Positions 11,672 through 21,629 of a stretch of 32,000 nucleotides of DNA are shown here, one piece after another (position 1 is the stretch's first letter; each line of letters begins with the position of its first letter). Source of the stretch: Nitrosospira multiformis ATCC 25196 (lineage in GTDB: Bacteria > Pseudomonadota > Gammaproteobacteria > Burkholderiales > Nitrosomonadaceae); NCBI RefSeq assembly GCF_000196355.1, contig NC_007614.1, positions 480,001-512,000 on the forward strand, in the 5' to 3' direction. The position numbers were made by a program, and so were the translations under genes. Under the pieces are notes generated by a model. That model saw nothing but the letters and a program-made list of their open reading frames with translations. It was not told where the DNA came from and ran no database searches.

Positions 11672-12853
11672 TCAGATCAGTGCATCCGCTATCGACCACA
11701 CACCGTTTTCCGATACGAGTTTTTTATCGCAATTGAAGGAGCCGGCGTCATTCTCATGGCCGGGCAGGGCAACTATCACGATCTGGCCTTCGTTACGAAG
11801 CTGTTCGATTTTCTTTTCCAGCGCTTTGTCCTCCTTTATGAAAGGGGCCAGAATTCCTCTTGGATGAGAGTCCGAGGACATCAAACCGGATAACTCGCGC
11901 AGATCCATGCTGAAACCGGTTGCGGGTCGCGCTCTCCCGAATGCCTTTCCAACTTCGTCGTAGCGTCCACCCACTGCGATTGCATTGGGACAGTTGTCGG
12001 TATATGCGGCGAAGACCATGCCGCTGTGGTAATGATATCCGCGCAAGTCGGCGAGATCGAATGCCAATGTATCCACCAGCGGGCTCAATTCGCTCGCTAC
12101 CATTTCGAGTTCGTCCAGCGCCTTCATGATTCCTGGGTAGGACGGGAGGGCGCTGCGCGCCAATGTCAACACATTCTCGTCCCCGTAGAGCTCGGGTAGC
12201 AGCTGGAGCGCCTCCCGCACCGAAGCATCCACCTGTTTTTTCAGCCCGGCGCAGAGCTCCTTCAATGCTGCCTTATCCTTCCCCTGCAAGGCCCCGGACA
12301 ATTCCATTTCCAGGTCCGGGGAGATACCTGTACTTCTGATCAAGCCGCGAAATACCGCGACATGCCCGAGATCCAGGTGTATGTTTCCCACACCGGCGAT
12401 TGCGAGAGATTGCAGCATCAAACGCTGGATTTCCAGATCGCTTTCAAGTCCTTGATGACCGTAAAGTTCCGCACCGATCTGCAACGGTTCCCGGGTCCGA
12501 GTCAGGCCCGACGGCCGTGCGTGCAGCACGCTGCCCGCATAACAAAGTCGGGTAATGCCCTTCCGGTTCAGAAGGTGTGCATCGATGCGAGCCACCTGTG
12601 GCGTCATGTCCGCGCGCAAGCCCATCATGCGGCCGCTCAGTTGATCCACCACCTTAAGTACGCGCAAATTCATTTGCCCTCCGCTGCCAGTGAGAAGCGA
12701 TTCCACATATTCCAGCAACGGCGGCCCCACGAGTTCGTAGCCATTCACAAACAGCCAGTCCAATACCCGCCGGCGCATCATTTCTATCTTCAGCGCTTCA
12801 GCGGGCAGAATGTCCTCAATGTATTCGGGAAGAGCCCATGCACTCATATTCAT
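11672..12853 (-). CDS. hisZ: ATP phosphoribosyltransferase regulatory subunit
   Basis: 393 aa HisRS-like protein (RVLDWLFVNGYELVGPPLLEYVESLLTGSG, LRADMTPQVARIDAH) just upstream of purA, a common betaproteobacterial arrangement. Confidence 0.92.
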   Translation of the reverse strand: MNMSAWALPEYIEDILPAEALKIEMMRRRVLDWLFVNGYELVGPPLLEYVESLLTGSGGQMNLRVLKVVDQLSGRMMGLRADMTPQVARIDAHLLNRKGITRLCYAGSVLHARPSGLTRTREPLQIGAELYGHQGLESDLEIQRLMLQSLAIAGVGNIHLDLGHVAVFRGLIRSTGISPDLEMELSGALQGKDKAALKELCAGLKKQVDASVREALQLLPELYGDENVLTLARSALPSYPGIMKALDELEMVASELSPLVDTLAFDLADLRGYHYHSGMVFAAYTDNCPNAIAVGGRYDEVGKAFGRARPATGFSMDLRELSGLMSSDSHPRGILAPFIKEDKALEKKIEQLRNEGQIVIVALPGHENDAGSFNCDKKLVSENGVWSIADALI

Positions 12854-12907
12854 GTCGGGGTCGTGATCAAGACAGGATAAAGGCGGGTATGGAGGGTATG
12901 GAAAGAA

Positions 12908-13093
12908 TTATTTCACAAGATAGAGCAGGAGCAGCCCGACCAGCATGGAGGTCAAGCCGATAAAACGTATCTGGTTGTCGCCGGCTTCCGTCAGTTTCCT
13001 GAAAGCCTCACGCCATGCACCCGGCATCAGAAAGGGGAGCAGTCCTTCAAGCACCAGCATCAATGCAAAGGCCATTAACAGAGTGTCCCACAT
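12908..13093 (-). CDS. DUF2065 (YjeT-like) small membrane protein
   Basis: 61 aa; MWDTLLMAFALMLVLEGLLPFLMPGAWREAFRKLTEAGDNQIRFIGLTSMLVGLLLLYLVK; same position as E. coli yjeT between hflC and purA. Confidence 0.85.
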   Translation of the reverse strand: MWDTLLMAFALMLVLEGLLPFLMPGAWREAFRKLTEAGDNQIRFIGLTSMLVGLLLLYLVK

Positions 13094-13338
13094 ATTGGAA
13101 TAACCCGAACAGACTGGGCGCTTACCGCATCAGCCGGCATCGAAGCCGGTGTATGCCCAGAAATTCGCTGGAGAAATTGCCAGGAGTTGCCGCTCTATGT
13201 GGCATCATTTACCGCGAGGAAAAAAGCTGGAAAAGCGAGGAGCGATATCGGCCCCTGGAATTGCTGTCGGTACCCCCGAAGCAGCCCGCCGTATTCCCGG
13301 AAGGCTGCTTCATCCGAATGAGCTATCTACCGGCACAT

Positions 13339-14217
13339 CTATTTCCCTCCGCGCCCCGAATTCCTCATATACTTGAAAAACTCGGAGGTCGGTTCCAGTA
13401 CCATGATATCGTTCTTGTTTTTGAAGATTTCCGTGTAGGCGTCGAGGCTGCGATAAAAGGAATAGAATTCCGGATTCGACTCGTAGGCGCTGGCATAAAT
13501 ACTCGCCGCTTTCGCATCGCCTTCACCCTTTATTTCCTGGGCTTTCCGGTAGGCTTCGGCAAGAACGACCTCGCGCTGGCGATCCGCATCCGCCCGAATC
13601 TTCTCGGATTCGGCGGCGCCGGTCGAGCGCAGTTCATTCGCCACACGTTTCCGCTCAGCCTCCATTCTGCGGTAGACGGATTCACTTACTTCCTGCGGCA
13701 GGTCCACTCTCTTCAAACGAACGTCTACGACTTCCACTCCGATTTTACGCGCATCCGCATCGGCCTTTTGCCGCATGATTTCCATGATTTTGTCGCGTTC
13801 GCCGGATACGACGTCATGTACCGTCCGGTTACCGAATTCATCACGCAAGCTGGAATTGACCGTTTGCGACAGACGCGTCTGGGCGAGCATCTCGTCCCCG
13901 CGCACGCTGACATAGTATTGCTTGACGTCCACGATACGCCACTTCACGAACAGATCCACCAGAACGTTCTTTTTTTCGGACGTTATGAAGCGTTCCGGCT
14001 CGGCCGTATCCAGCGTCAGAATGCGCGAGTCAAAGTAGCGCACGTTCTGCGCCAGCGGGATTTTGAAATAAAGACCCGGAGATGTCTTTACATCCACCAC
14101 TTCACCCAACTGGAACAGAATCGCCTGCTGCCGCTGGTCGACTATATACAGTGACGAGCTTGCCACAAGAAACAGGATGATAAGGACAGTCAATAACATT
14201 GGAGTATAGTTTTTCAC
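13339..14217 (-). CDS. hflC: Protease modulator HflC (SPFH/band 7)
   Basis: 292 aa; N-terminal TM then VDQRQQAILFQLGEVV, ERKRVANELRSTGAAESEKIRADADRQREVVLAEAYRKAQEIKGEGDAKAASIYA. Confidence 0.95.
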   Translation of the reverse strand: MKNYTPMLLTVLIILFLVASSSLYIVDQRQQAILFQLGEVVDVKTSPGLYFKIPLAQNVRYFDSRILTLDTAEPERFITSEKKNVLVDLFVKWRIVDVKQYYVSVRGDEMLAQTRLSQTVNSSLRDEFGNRTVHDVVSGERDKIMEIMRQKADADARKIGVEVVDVRLKRVDLPQEVSESVYRRMEAERKRVANELRSTGAAESEKIRADADRQREVVLAEAYRKAQEIKGEGDAKAASIYASAYESNPEFYSFYRSLDAYTEIFKNKNDIMVLEPTSEFFKYMRNSGRGGK

Positions 14218-15417
14218 TTATCTTGTCTCCCGTTCGCGGCCACGAAATGCTTCCCGGGTGCGGGTAGCGGCATCGGCCGTAGGTTCCGGCGGCGACGCAA
14301 GCTGTGTCTCCGGCACTGTGCCAGAGGAGGAAGAAGGCCCGCTCATCTGTATGAGCTTGTCCAACGGCAGATAAAGAAGGTTATTGCCATTTTTCTGGTC
14401 CACGATAACTTTGCTTGTGTTGGAAAGCACCTGCTCCATCATATCCAGATAAAGCCGGTCACGCGTCACACCCGGTGCCTTGCTGTATTCAACGAGAACC
14501 TGCTTGAAGCGGCTCGCCTCACCTTCCGAACTCGCAATCACCCGTTGCTTGTACCCCTCAGCCTCTTCGAGGAGGCGGGCCGCATTACCTTTGGCCTTGG
14601 GAATCACGTCATTCGCATAGGCCTGGCCTTCGTTTTTCTGCCGTTCCCTATCCTGTCCGGCTTTGACGGCATCATCGAACGCCGCCTGGACCTGTTCGGG
14701 CGGTTGGGCGTTCTGCATCGTCACTTTGCTGATGGCGATGCCAATCTTGTAGCGATCAAGGATGTCCTGCATCAGCTCCGTGGCTTTTGCCGCCACTTGT
14801 TCACGCCCTTCATAGAGCACGAAGTCCATCTTGCTCTTTCCGATGATTTCCCGTATCGCGGTTTCCGCTGCTTGCAGCACGGCGTTTTCGGGGTCACGAT
14901 TGGTGAACAGGAAGTCCTCCGGATTTTTCAGGATGTATTGCACGGCGAACTGAATATCAATGATGTTCTCGTCGTCGGTCAACATGAGCGACTCCTTCAG
15001 CACCTTGCTCCGGACATTGTTACGATAGCCGATTTCAACAGTCCGCACCTGGCTTACGTTAACGGGTTCAACGACCTCGATAGGATAGGGCAGATGCCAG
15101 CGCAAGCCTGCCTGCGTACTCTCCACATATTTTCCGAACCGCAACACGATACCGCGCTGGCCCTCGTTGACGATATAAAATCCGCTTCCTATCCACAACA
15201 GCAGAAGCAATCCGGCAAGCAGGCCGGCGCCCCCACTGTATTTTTTGGGACCGGCCGGGGGGGCGCCTTCACCCCCTCCTGAACTGTCGCGCCTTCCTCC
15301 ACCCTTGCGCTTCAAAAGGTTGTTGAGCTTCTTGTTAAAATTTCGCCACAATTGATCCAGATCGGGTGGACCGGAATTGCCTTTTTTTCTTCCCCACTGA
15401 GGATCATTTAATCCCAT
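14218..15417 (-). CDS. hflK: Membrane protease subunit HflK (SPFH/band 7)
   Basis: 399 aa; N-terminal MGLNDPQWGRKKGNSGPPDLDQLWRNFNKKL then FYIVNEGQRGIVLRFGKYVE; adjacent to hflC. Confidence 0.95.
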   Translation of the reverse strand: MGLNDPQWGRKKGNSGPPDLDQLWRNFNKKLNNLLKRKGGGRRDSSGGGEGAPPAGPKKYSGGAGLLAGLLLLLWIGSGFYIVNEGQRGIVLRFGKYVESTQAGLRWHLPYPIEVVEPVNVSQVRTVEIGYRNNVRSKVLKESLMLTDDENIIDIQFAVQYILKNPEDFLFTNRDPENAVLQAAETAIREIIGKSKMDFVLYEGREQVAAKATELMQDILDRYKIGIAISKVTMQNAQPPEQVQAAFDDAVKAGQDRERQKNEGQAYANDVIPKAKGNAARLLEEAEGYKQRVIASSEGEASRFKQVLVEYSKAPGVTRDRLYLDMMEQVLSNTSKVIVDQKNGNNLLYLPLDKLIQMSGPSSSSGTVPETQLASPPEPTADAATRTREAFRGRERETR

Positions 15418-15521
15418 GATGATTCCTATTTTTTTGTTTAATGGAGCAGACCATCAAACTCTACCGTGAAAAAACCCGAACCAGATTTGTGGAAAGCAAA
15501 AATTCCTGCGTTATTCGACAT

Positions 15522-16727
15522 TCAGTGATACCCGCTCGTTATATCCTGGGCTTCCGACTGATTATCGGGCTCTCGTAAAGCCGCGCGCTCCCCGAGTGCT
15601 TCGGACAATGCCAGATTGATAAATTCCAGCCCTTCGCCGGTTTTGGCGCTCAATCGAACTTGTACGATTCTACCATACTCGTCCCGCTGGTAACCCGGAG
15701 AGCTTGCCGGCAAATCGACCAGATCTGTCTTGTTCAGAACCAGTATTTGTGGAATGCGGTCAGCGCCGATTTCCTTCAGCACCTTGTTGACTTCATCAAT
15801 CTGTTCACTGCGATTGGAACTGCTGGTATCCACGACGTGGAGCAACAAATCCGCCTGCACCGTTTCTTCCAGTGTCGCCCGGAATGCTGCCACCAGCGTG
15901 TGCGGCAAGTCCCGGATAAAGCCTACCGTGTCGGAAAGTACGAGCGGCCCGCGATCCGCAATAAACAACTTGCGGGTGGTGGCATCAAGGGTTGCGAACA
16001 ACTGGTCAGCAACATAGGTGTGGCCGCGAGTGAGTCTATTGAAAAGAGTGGATTTGCCGGCATTGGTATAACCGACCAACGAAACGGACATCACTTGCGC
16101 ACGCCGCCTGGCGCGCCGTTGCAGGGCTCTTTGGCGCTCGAACTTGGCGAGCTTTTCTTTCAGCACCTTGACACGTTTTCCGAGCAGGCGGCGATCGGTT
16201 TCCAGCTGTGTTTCACCAGGGCCACGCAGGCCGATACCGCCCTTCTGCCGCTCCAGGTGTGTCCAGCCCCGCACCAGCCGCGTGGCCAGATGTTCGAGCT
16301 GGGCAAGTTCCACCTGCAACTTGCCTTCGTGGCTCTTTGCGCGCTGCGCGAAAATGTCCAGGATAAGGCTCGTGCGATCGATGACCCGCCGCCTGAGCCG
16401 CTGCTCCAGGTTACGCTGCTGGGCAGGCGAAAGATCATGATTGAAAATAACCAGCGAAGCGCCGGTCTGCTCCACCGCGCCCATTATTTCGTCAACTTTC
16501 CCGCTACCCGCGAAAGTCGCAGGGTCCGGGCGAAGCCGTTTCCCCAGCACTACAGCGGAAATTGCAAGGCGATCACTGGCGGCCAGTTGCCGTAATTCTT
16601 CGAGATTTTCTGCAGAGTCGCTGTCATTTAGATCGAGACTTACCAGAACAGCAGAATCAACAGCGGCGTGAGTGTCGGGCGCGTTCCCACTAGAGGAATC
16701 AAGCATCAGATATAGGGGGCGCCTCAA
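15522..16727 (-). CDS. hflX: GTPase HflX
   Basis: 401 aa; [52 protein letters not shown]. The track start overlaps hfq by 29 nt; internal ATG 16706 is an alternative. Confidence 0.96.
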   Translation of the reverse strand: MRRPLYLMLDSSSGNAPDTHAAVDSAVLVSLDLNDSDSAENLEELRQLAASDRLAISAVVLGKRLRPDPATFAGSGKVDEIMGAVEQTGASLVIFNHDLSPAQQRNLEQRLRRRVIDRTSLILDIFAQRAKSHEGKLQVELAQLEHLATRLVRGWTHLERQKGGIGLRGPGETQLETDRRLLGKRVKVLKEKLAKFERQRALQRRARRRAQVMSVSLVGYTNAGKSTLFNRLTRGHTYVADQLFATLDATTRKLFIADRGPLVLSDTVGFIRDLPHTLVAAFRATLEETVQADLLLHVVDTSSSNRSEQIDEVNKVLKEIGADRIPQILVLNKTDLVDLPASSPGYQRDEYGRIVQVRLSAKTGEGLEFINLALSEALGERAALREPDNQSEAQDITSGYH

Positions 16728-16944
16728 ATGGAATGTTGACGGCTCTTGCGGGGACTACCGTAGAAATTGCGTGCTTGTAGACCATCTGGGTGACGGTATT
16801 CTTCAACAGCACTACATACTGATCGAATGAATCGATGTGCCCCTGCAGTTTGATTCCGTTTACCAGATAAATCGAAACCGGAATATGTTCCTTCCGCAAG
16901 GTATTCAGAAACGGGTCTTGTAACAATTGCCCTTTAGCGCTCAT
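16699..16944 (-). CDS. hfq: RNA chaperone Hfq
   Basis: 81 aa; [60 protein letters not shown] (Sm1/Sm2 motifs). CGGAG RBS upstream of ATG. Confidence 0.98.
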   Translation of the reverse strand: MSAKGQLLQDPFLNTLRKEHIPVSIYLVNGIKLQGHIDSFDQYVVLLKNTVTQMVYKHAISTVVPARAVNIPFEAPPISDA

Positions 16945-17119
16945 ACGTGACTCCGTGTTTTAATTATTCAAAAAATAAACTCTACTTGATTTTGAAGCGT
17001 AAATCCATATTCCTGCTGAGGTCCGTTGAAGGCCGAATCGGGCAGGTATAAAGAGTTATAGGTCAGTTTGCGCCTATTTCCAATATAAATATTCCGCCAA
17101 CTGTCAGGTATCCCATTGC

Positions 17120-17160
17120 TGCACTCCATCCGGCGCTGCATACAGCCCGGATAGAGTGCA
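17120..17160. promoter_or_regulatory. Strong intergenic stem-loop between ccp stop and hfq
   Basis: TGCACTC-c-ATCCGG-c-GCTG-cata-CAGC-CCGGAT-a-GAGTGCA: 17 base pairs with one mismatch, one bulge and a 4-nt loop, 39 nt past the peroxidase stop. No good U-tract on the minus strand. Confidence 0.6.
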
Positions 17161-17198
17161 AGCTTGTTTCTCTGCCGCTGAACAGAATCTCCCGTTGA

Positions 17199-18200
17199 TC
17201 AATCGAACGGATGAGGTTTGGGTGTATCCTTGCTCGAGGGGGGGAGAATAGGCAAGGTGAGATGGGGTTGTTTGCCGGTCAATGTCTTCAGAAATGCCAC
17301 GATTTTGGCATTTTCGTCCTTGGTGAAATTACGCCCCAATTGTATCCGGCCCATGGTATTTACCGCGTCTTCCAGGGTTGCCGCGGCCCCGTCATGGAAA
17401 TAGGGGTAGGTCAATTCCACATTTCGCAATGTAGGCACTTTGAAGAACAGGCGGTCCTCCTCTTTGCCGGTTACGGCAAAACGGCCTTCAGCCTTGCTCT
17501 GGGTTTTATAGGGTTCAAGTACGCCCATTTTCTGAAACGATGCCCCGCCTACGGCCGGTCCGTTGTGACAACCTGTGCAGCCCGCGTCCTTGAACAGTTT
17601 GTACCCTTCGAGTTCCGTCTTGTTGATGGCGTTCTTGTCGCCTTTGAGCCATTTGTCGAAACGGGAATCCGGCGTTACCAGTGTTTCTTCGAAGGCAGCG
17701 ATCGCGTCCGTTGCCATGCCTATATCGACCTTGTCCGAACTGTATATCTGCTTGAAGCGCGCCCTGTACTGGGGAATGGATTGCAGCACGCCCACTGCCA
17801 ATTCATGGCTGAATGCCATTTCCCCCGGATTGGCAATGGGACCGCCCGCCTGATCTTTCAGGTCCTTGGCGCGACCGTCCCAGAATTGGGCCAGACTCAG
17901 GCTGGAATTCAATACCGTGGGCGAATTGATCGGACCCTGGTGCCATTTGTGGCCAATGGATGAGGGGAGATTGTCGGATCCCCCCATACTCAGGTTGTGA
18001 CAGGAGTTGCACGAGATGAAGCCGGATTTGGAAAGACGGGGATCAAAAAAAAGCATTTTGCCCAGTTCCACCTTGTTTTCATTCTTGGGCTTGGCTGCCT
18101 CGATCGGTTTTATGGGTTCGTCGGCGGCAGCCGCCTGGGCAGGCGGAGCGACAATCGTTCCAACAGCTAGCAGCGACGTTATTAATGCCCGCAATATCAT
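17199..18200 (-). CDS. Di-heme cytochrome c peroxidase (MauG/CcpA family)
   Basis: 333 aa; signal peptide; two CxxCH motifs (CNSCHNLSMGG, CTGCHNGPAVGG); FFDPRLSKSG, KVPTLRNVELTYPYFHDG. GGAG RBS upstream of ATG. Confidence 0.93.
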   Translation of the reverse strand: MILRALITSLLAVGTIVAPPAQAAAADEPIKPIEAAKPKNENKVELGKMLFFDPRLSKSGFISCNSCHNLSMGGSDNLPSSIGHKWHQGPINSPTVLNSSLSLAQFWDGRAKDLKDQAGGPIANPGEMAFSHELAVGVLQSIPQYRARFKQIYSSDKVDIGMATDAIAAFEETLVTPDSRFDKWLKGDKNAINKTELEGYKLFKDAGCTGCHNGPAVGGASFQKMGVLEPYKTQSKAEGRFAVTGKEEDRLFFKVPTLRNVELTYPYFHDGAAATLEDAVNTMGRIQLGRNFTKDENAKIVAFLKTLTGKQPHLTLPILPPSSKDTPKPHPFD

Positions 18201-18350
18201 CGTAATCTCCTAAAAAGCTCGGCTGTAGTGGCGCAGCCGGTTACGCCTACATCGGAAAACTGAGGGCAGGGCTATCCGCCAGCTGGGGATGAACACAACT
18301 GTTCGCGAGTATATCCGATAGCCGCAATATCAATATTAAAGGTAGTGTGC

Positions 18351-18379
18351 GGCAGCTGGCAGCTTTGCTGTCAGCTGCC
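18351..18379. promoter_or_regulatory. Strong stem-loop between rppH and ccp
   Basis: GGCAGCTGGCAG-ctttg-CTGTCAGCTGCC: 12-bp stem (one G-T wobble), 5-nt loop. Confidence 0.5.
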
Positions 18380-18461
18380 TGATACGCATCAGTTCCCCTG
18401 CGGCGGCAGCGGCACCTGTGGCGGTGGTACTGTAACGAGCGCGTTTTTGCAATGCGATTGC

Positions 18462-19034
18462 TTATTCAGACTGCTTGGCGGTGCTGCCTGTAAGGGGCCC
18501 GCTGGCGGAATAGTCGTATTTTTCATATCCGCTATACCCGAAGGGAACAGGTGGACGATTCAGCAGACGTGCCAGTTCCGTCAGTGCCTGGCGGTAAACC
18601 TGGCGTTTAAACTCGACTACCGACTCCAACTCTACCCAGTACTGATTCCACCGCCATGCGTCAAATTCAGGACGTCCGCTGGTGTGGAGCGAAACGTCGC
18701 AATCGCTTCCCAGCAAGCGCAGCAGATACCAGATCTGTTTCTGCCCCCGGTAATTTCCTCGCCAGTCGCGTTTAATCCATTGGGCAGGTACATCGTATCG
18801 GAGCCAGTCGCGTGTGCGGCCGAGGATTTGCACGTGCCAAGGCCGTAAGCCTACTTCTTCGGTCAATTCACGATACATTGCTTGTTCCGGACTTTCGCCG
18901 GGCTTGATACCTCCCTGAGGAAATTGCCAGGAGTCCTGTCTGATGCGCTTGCCCCAAAAAACCTCGTTCTTCGAATTGAGTAGAATGATTCCTACATTTG
19001 AGCGATATCCATTACGGTCGATCATATGATTCAC
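18462..19034 (-). CDS. rppH: RNA 5' pyrophosphohydrolase (Nudix)
   Basis: 190 aa; [28 protein letters not shown], Nudix box [23 protein letters not shown]. Confidence 0.95.
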
Positions 19035-19227
19035 CCGTTTGATCCTTCACGATAGGATTAGATTTTTCCACATTTCGTGCCGGATTGAAAGCTGTCGCTG
19101 GTCGGGGGGCATCGGGAGGAGTGGCGACTGCATTATTGTTTGAACACTTTGCTTTTCAGATTCCTCATAGCCAACCTGCGCTGCTTTTCAGAGTAAAATC
19201 GGAGATTGGACTTGTTATGGACAGAAT

Positions 19228-20937
19228 ATGCGAGCATCAGGTTTTTTCATTTCGACACTCAAGGAAGCCCCCGCCGAAGCGGAATTGATCAGCCACAAGC
19301 TGATGCTGAGGGCCGGTATCATCCGGCGGCTGGGGAGCGGTCTCTACACGTGGATGCCCCTCGGCTTGAAGGTTCTGCGCAAAGTTGAAAACATCGTGCG
19401 GGAGGAAATGGATGCCGCGGGCGCACTGGAACTGCTGATGCCGGCTGTGCAGCCTGCGGAGCTATGGCGGGAAACAGGGCGATGGGACGTCTTTGGTCCC
19501 CAGATGTTGAAAATTAGAGACAGACACGAGCGCGATTTCTGTTTTGGTCCAACCCATGAAGAGGTCATAACGGATATTGCACGGCGTGAAATCAAGAGTT
19601 ACCGGCAGTTACCTCTCAATTTTTATCAGATACAAACCAAATTTCGCGACGAGGTTCGCCCCCGCTTCGGCGTCATGCGCGCGCGCGAGTTCGTGATGAA
19701 AGATGCCTATTCGTTCCACACCGATATACCCAGCCTGGAAGAGACCTATCAGGCCATGCATGTGGCCTATTGCCGGATATTCGATCGCCTGGGGCTGAAG
19801 TTTCGTCCCGTCAAGGCCGATACGGGTGCGATTGGTGGCAGCAGTTCGCATGAATTTCATGTCCTGGCCGATTCCGGCGAAGACGCCATCGCTTTTTGTT
19901 CCGATTCCGATTACGCAGCGAACGTTGAAATGGCCGAGTCGTTGCCGCCAGCAGGACTGCGGGAGGCTGCGGCGGGCGAGATGCAGAAAGTGCGAACAAT
20001 CGCCCAAAAGACATGCGAAGAGGTTGCTGCCTATCTCAATGTATCCATCGAGCAGACGGTAAAAACGCTGGCGGTCATGGCCAATGGCGGAATGCATCTT
20101 TTGCTGCTGCGTGGCGATCATCATCTCAACGAGACAAAAGTTCGAAAGATTCCTTTTCTTTCCGATTTCCGGCTTGCCAGCGAAGAAGAAATTCGCACCG
20201 AAACAGGATGTCTTCCCGGGTTTATCGGCCCAGCCGGATTGTCTCTTCCGGTTATCGCAGACCTTACCGTAGCCACCATGAGTAACTTTGTGTGCGGCGC
20301 CAACGAAGAGGATTACCATCTCGTCAACGTCAATTTCGGGCGTGATCTGAAAGAGCCGGATCATGTTTTCGATATCCGCAACGTGGTTTCCGGTGACTTG
20401 TCGCCGGACGGAAAGGGTAAGCTGGAAATCTGTCGCGGCATAGAAGTCGGCCATATTTTCCAATTGCTCACAAAGTATTCGGAAGCGATGAAAGCCAATT
20501 ATCTCGATGAATCCGGGCAAGCGCGTCCCATGGAAATGGGCTGCTACGGGATCGGGGTTTCACGTATTGTGGCAGCTGCCATCGAGCAGAACCATGACGA
20601 GCGCGGCATTATATTTCCCGCGGCAATGGCGCCATTTCAGGTAGTCATCATTCCGATCGGGTTGAAGAAGAATGCAGAAGTGAGGGCTGAGGCGGAGAAA
20701 CTATACGCGACGCTTTCCAGTGTCGGCATCGAGGTTCTGCTCGACGACCGGGATGACCGCCCCGGTGTCATGTTCGCCGACATGGAACTGATCGGTATTC
20801 CTCACCGGGTTGTCGTCGGCGAGCGGGGCTTGAAGGAAGGAAATGCCGAGTATCGCGGGCGGCGTGACGAAAAATCGGAGGTCGTCCCCCTTCCCGAGAT
20901 CGCAGATTTTATAAAATCAAAATTAGCCGGGGGTTGA
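19228..20937 (+). CDS. proS: Prolyl-tRNA synthetase (bacterial type with editing domain)
   Basis: 569 aa; [87 protein letters not shown]. Confidence 0.98.
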   Translation: MRASGFFISTLKEAPAEAELISHKLMLRAGIIRRLGSGLYTWMPLGLKVLRKVENIVREEMDAAGALELLMPAVQPAELWRETGRWDVFGPQMLKIRDRHERDFCFGPTHEEVITDIARREIKSYRQLPLNFYQIQTKFRDEVRPRFGVMRAREFVMKDAYSFHTDIPSLEETYQAMHVAYCRIFDRLGLKFRPVKADTGAIGGSSSHEFHVLADSGEDAIAFCSDSDYAANVEMAESLPPAGLREAAAGEMQKVRTIAQKTCEEVAAYLNVSIEQTVKTLAVMANGGMHLLLLRGDHHLNETKVRKIPFLSDFRLASEEEIRTETGCLPGFIGPAGLSLPVIADLTVATMSNFVCGANEEDYHLVNVNFGRDLKEPDHVFDIRNVVSGDLSPDGKGKLEICRGIEVGHIFQLLTKYSEAMKANYLDESGQARPMEMGCYGIGVSRIVAAAIEQNHDERGIIFPAAMAPFQVVIIPIGLKKNAEVRAEAEKLYATLSSVGIEVLLDDRDDRPGVMFADMELIGIPHRVVVGERGLKEGNAEYRGRRDEKSEVVPLPEIADFIKSKLAGG

Positions 20938-21060
20938 CGAGAGAACCTCCTCAGGTTTGCCGGCCTGATGGATGTTCAGCCCGACCGTAGGCCGATCCGA
21001 GGAGGGCAAGGCTGAGGGCTGGAGAATTTTGCTCCGCAGAGACTCAACCGATAACATCCC

Positions 21061-21603
21061 CTAACGTCCTTTTTGCTGCGCTTTTCCAGCAGGCTGGGAA
21101 TTCGGAATCTTGTTCGAATTCTCATCCATGAATTCTTCCAACGCTTCGCGGGACACAATCCCGATCTTATAAACGGCTGGTTTGCCTTCGGGATCGAAAA
21201 CATAGGTAGTCGGCAGCATGGAGACCGGGCCGACTTGGCGTGCCAGTTCCTGGTCACCCAACACGATCGGGTAGGTCACTGAAAGCCGTTTCGCATGTTT
21301 GAGCACAACGTCCGGGTTGCGATAATCCATCGCCACGCCGATCACCATTATGTCTTTTTTCCGACTTTCATAGAGGGAGACAAGATCAGGAATTTCCTTC
21401 AGGCATGGGGGACACCACGTGGCCCAGAAATTTACCAGCACCCATTTTCCCTTGAAATCGGAAAGGGACAGTTTCTTTCCGGTATGATCGGTAAAGGTAA
21501 AACCATAGGTTTGTGCAACCGGCACTGCTGAAAGCATGATCCATAAACAGAACCGATAAAGCAGAATACTCAAATGGCATCGTTTCATCTGACGTCGTTT
21601 CAT
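21061..21603 (-). CDS. TlpA/ResA-like periplasmic thioredoxin-fold oxidoreductase
   Basis: 180 aa; signal sequence; FKGKWVLVNFWATWCPPCLKEIPDLVSLY; MLPTTYVFDPEGK. Confidence 0.9.
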   Translation of the reverse strand: MKRRQMKRCHLSILLYRFCLWIMLSAVPVAQTYGFTFTDHTGKKLSLSDFKGKWVLVNFWATWCPPCLKEIPDLVSLYESRKKDIMVIGVAMDYRNPDVVLKHAKRLSVTYPIVLGDQELARQVGPVSMLPTTYVFDPEGKPAVYKIGIVSREALEEFMDENSNKIPNSQPAGKAQQKGR

Positions 21604-21629
21604 TTCTCCAACAACTCCCCCAATCTTTG

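Noticed and set aside
13015-14154. 379-aa plus-strand ORF
   Set aside because: Mostly antisense to hflC; product is not recognisable and is a typical GC-rich shadow ORF. Only its first part lies in the non-coding gap.
14545-15282. 245-aa plus-strand ORF
   Set aside because: Antisense to hflK; shadow frame.
15660-16595. 311-aa plus-strand ORF
   Set aside because: Antisense to hflX; no motif recognised.
19609-20520. 303-aa minus-strand ORF
   Set aside because: Antisense to proS, whose catalytic and editing motifs are intact.
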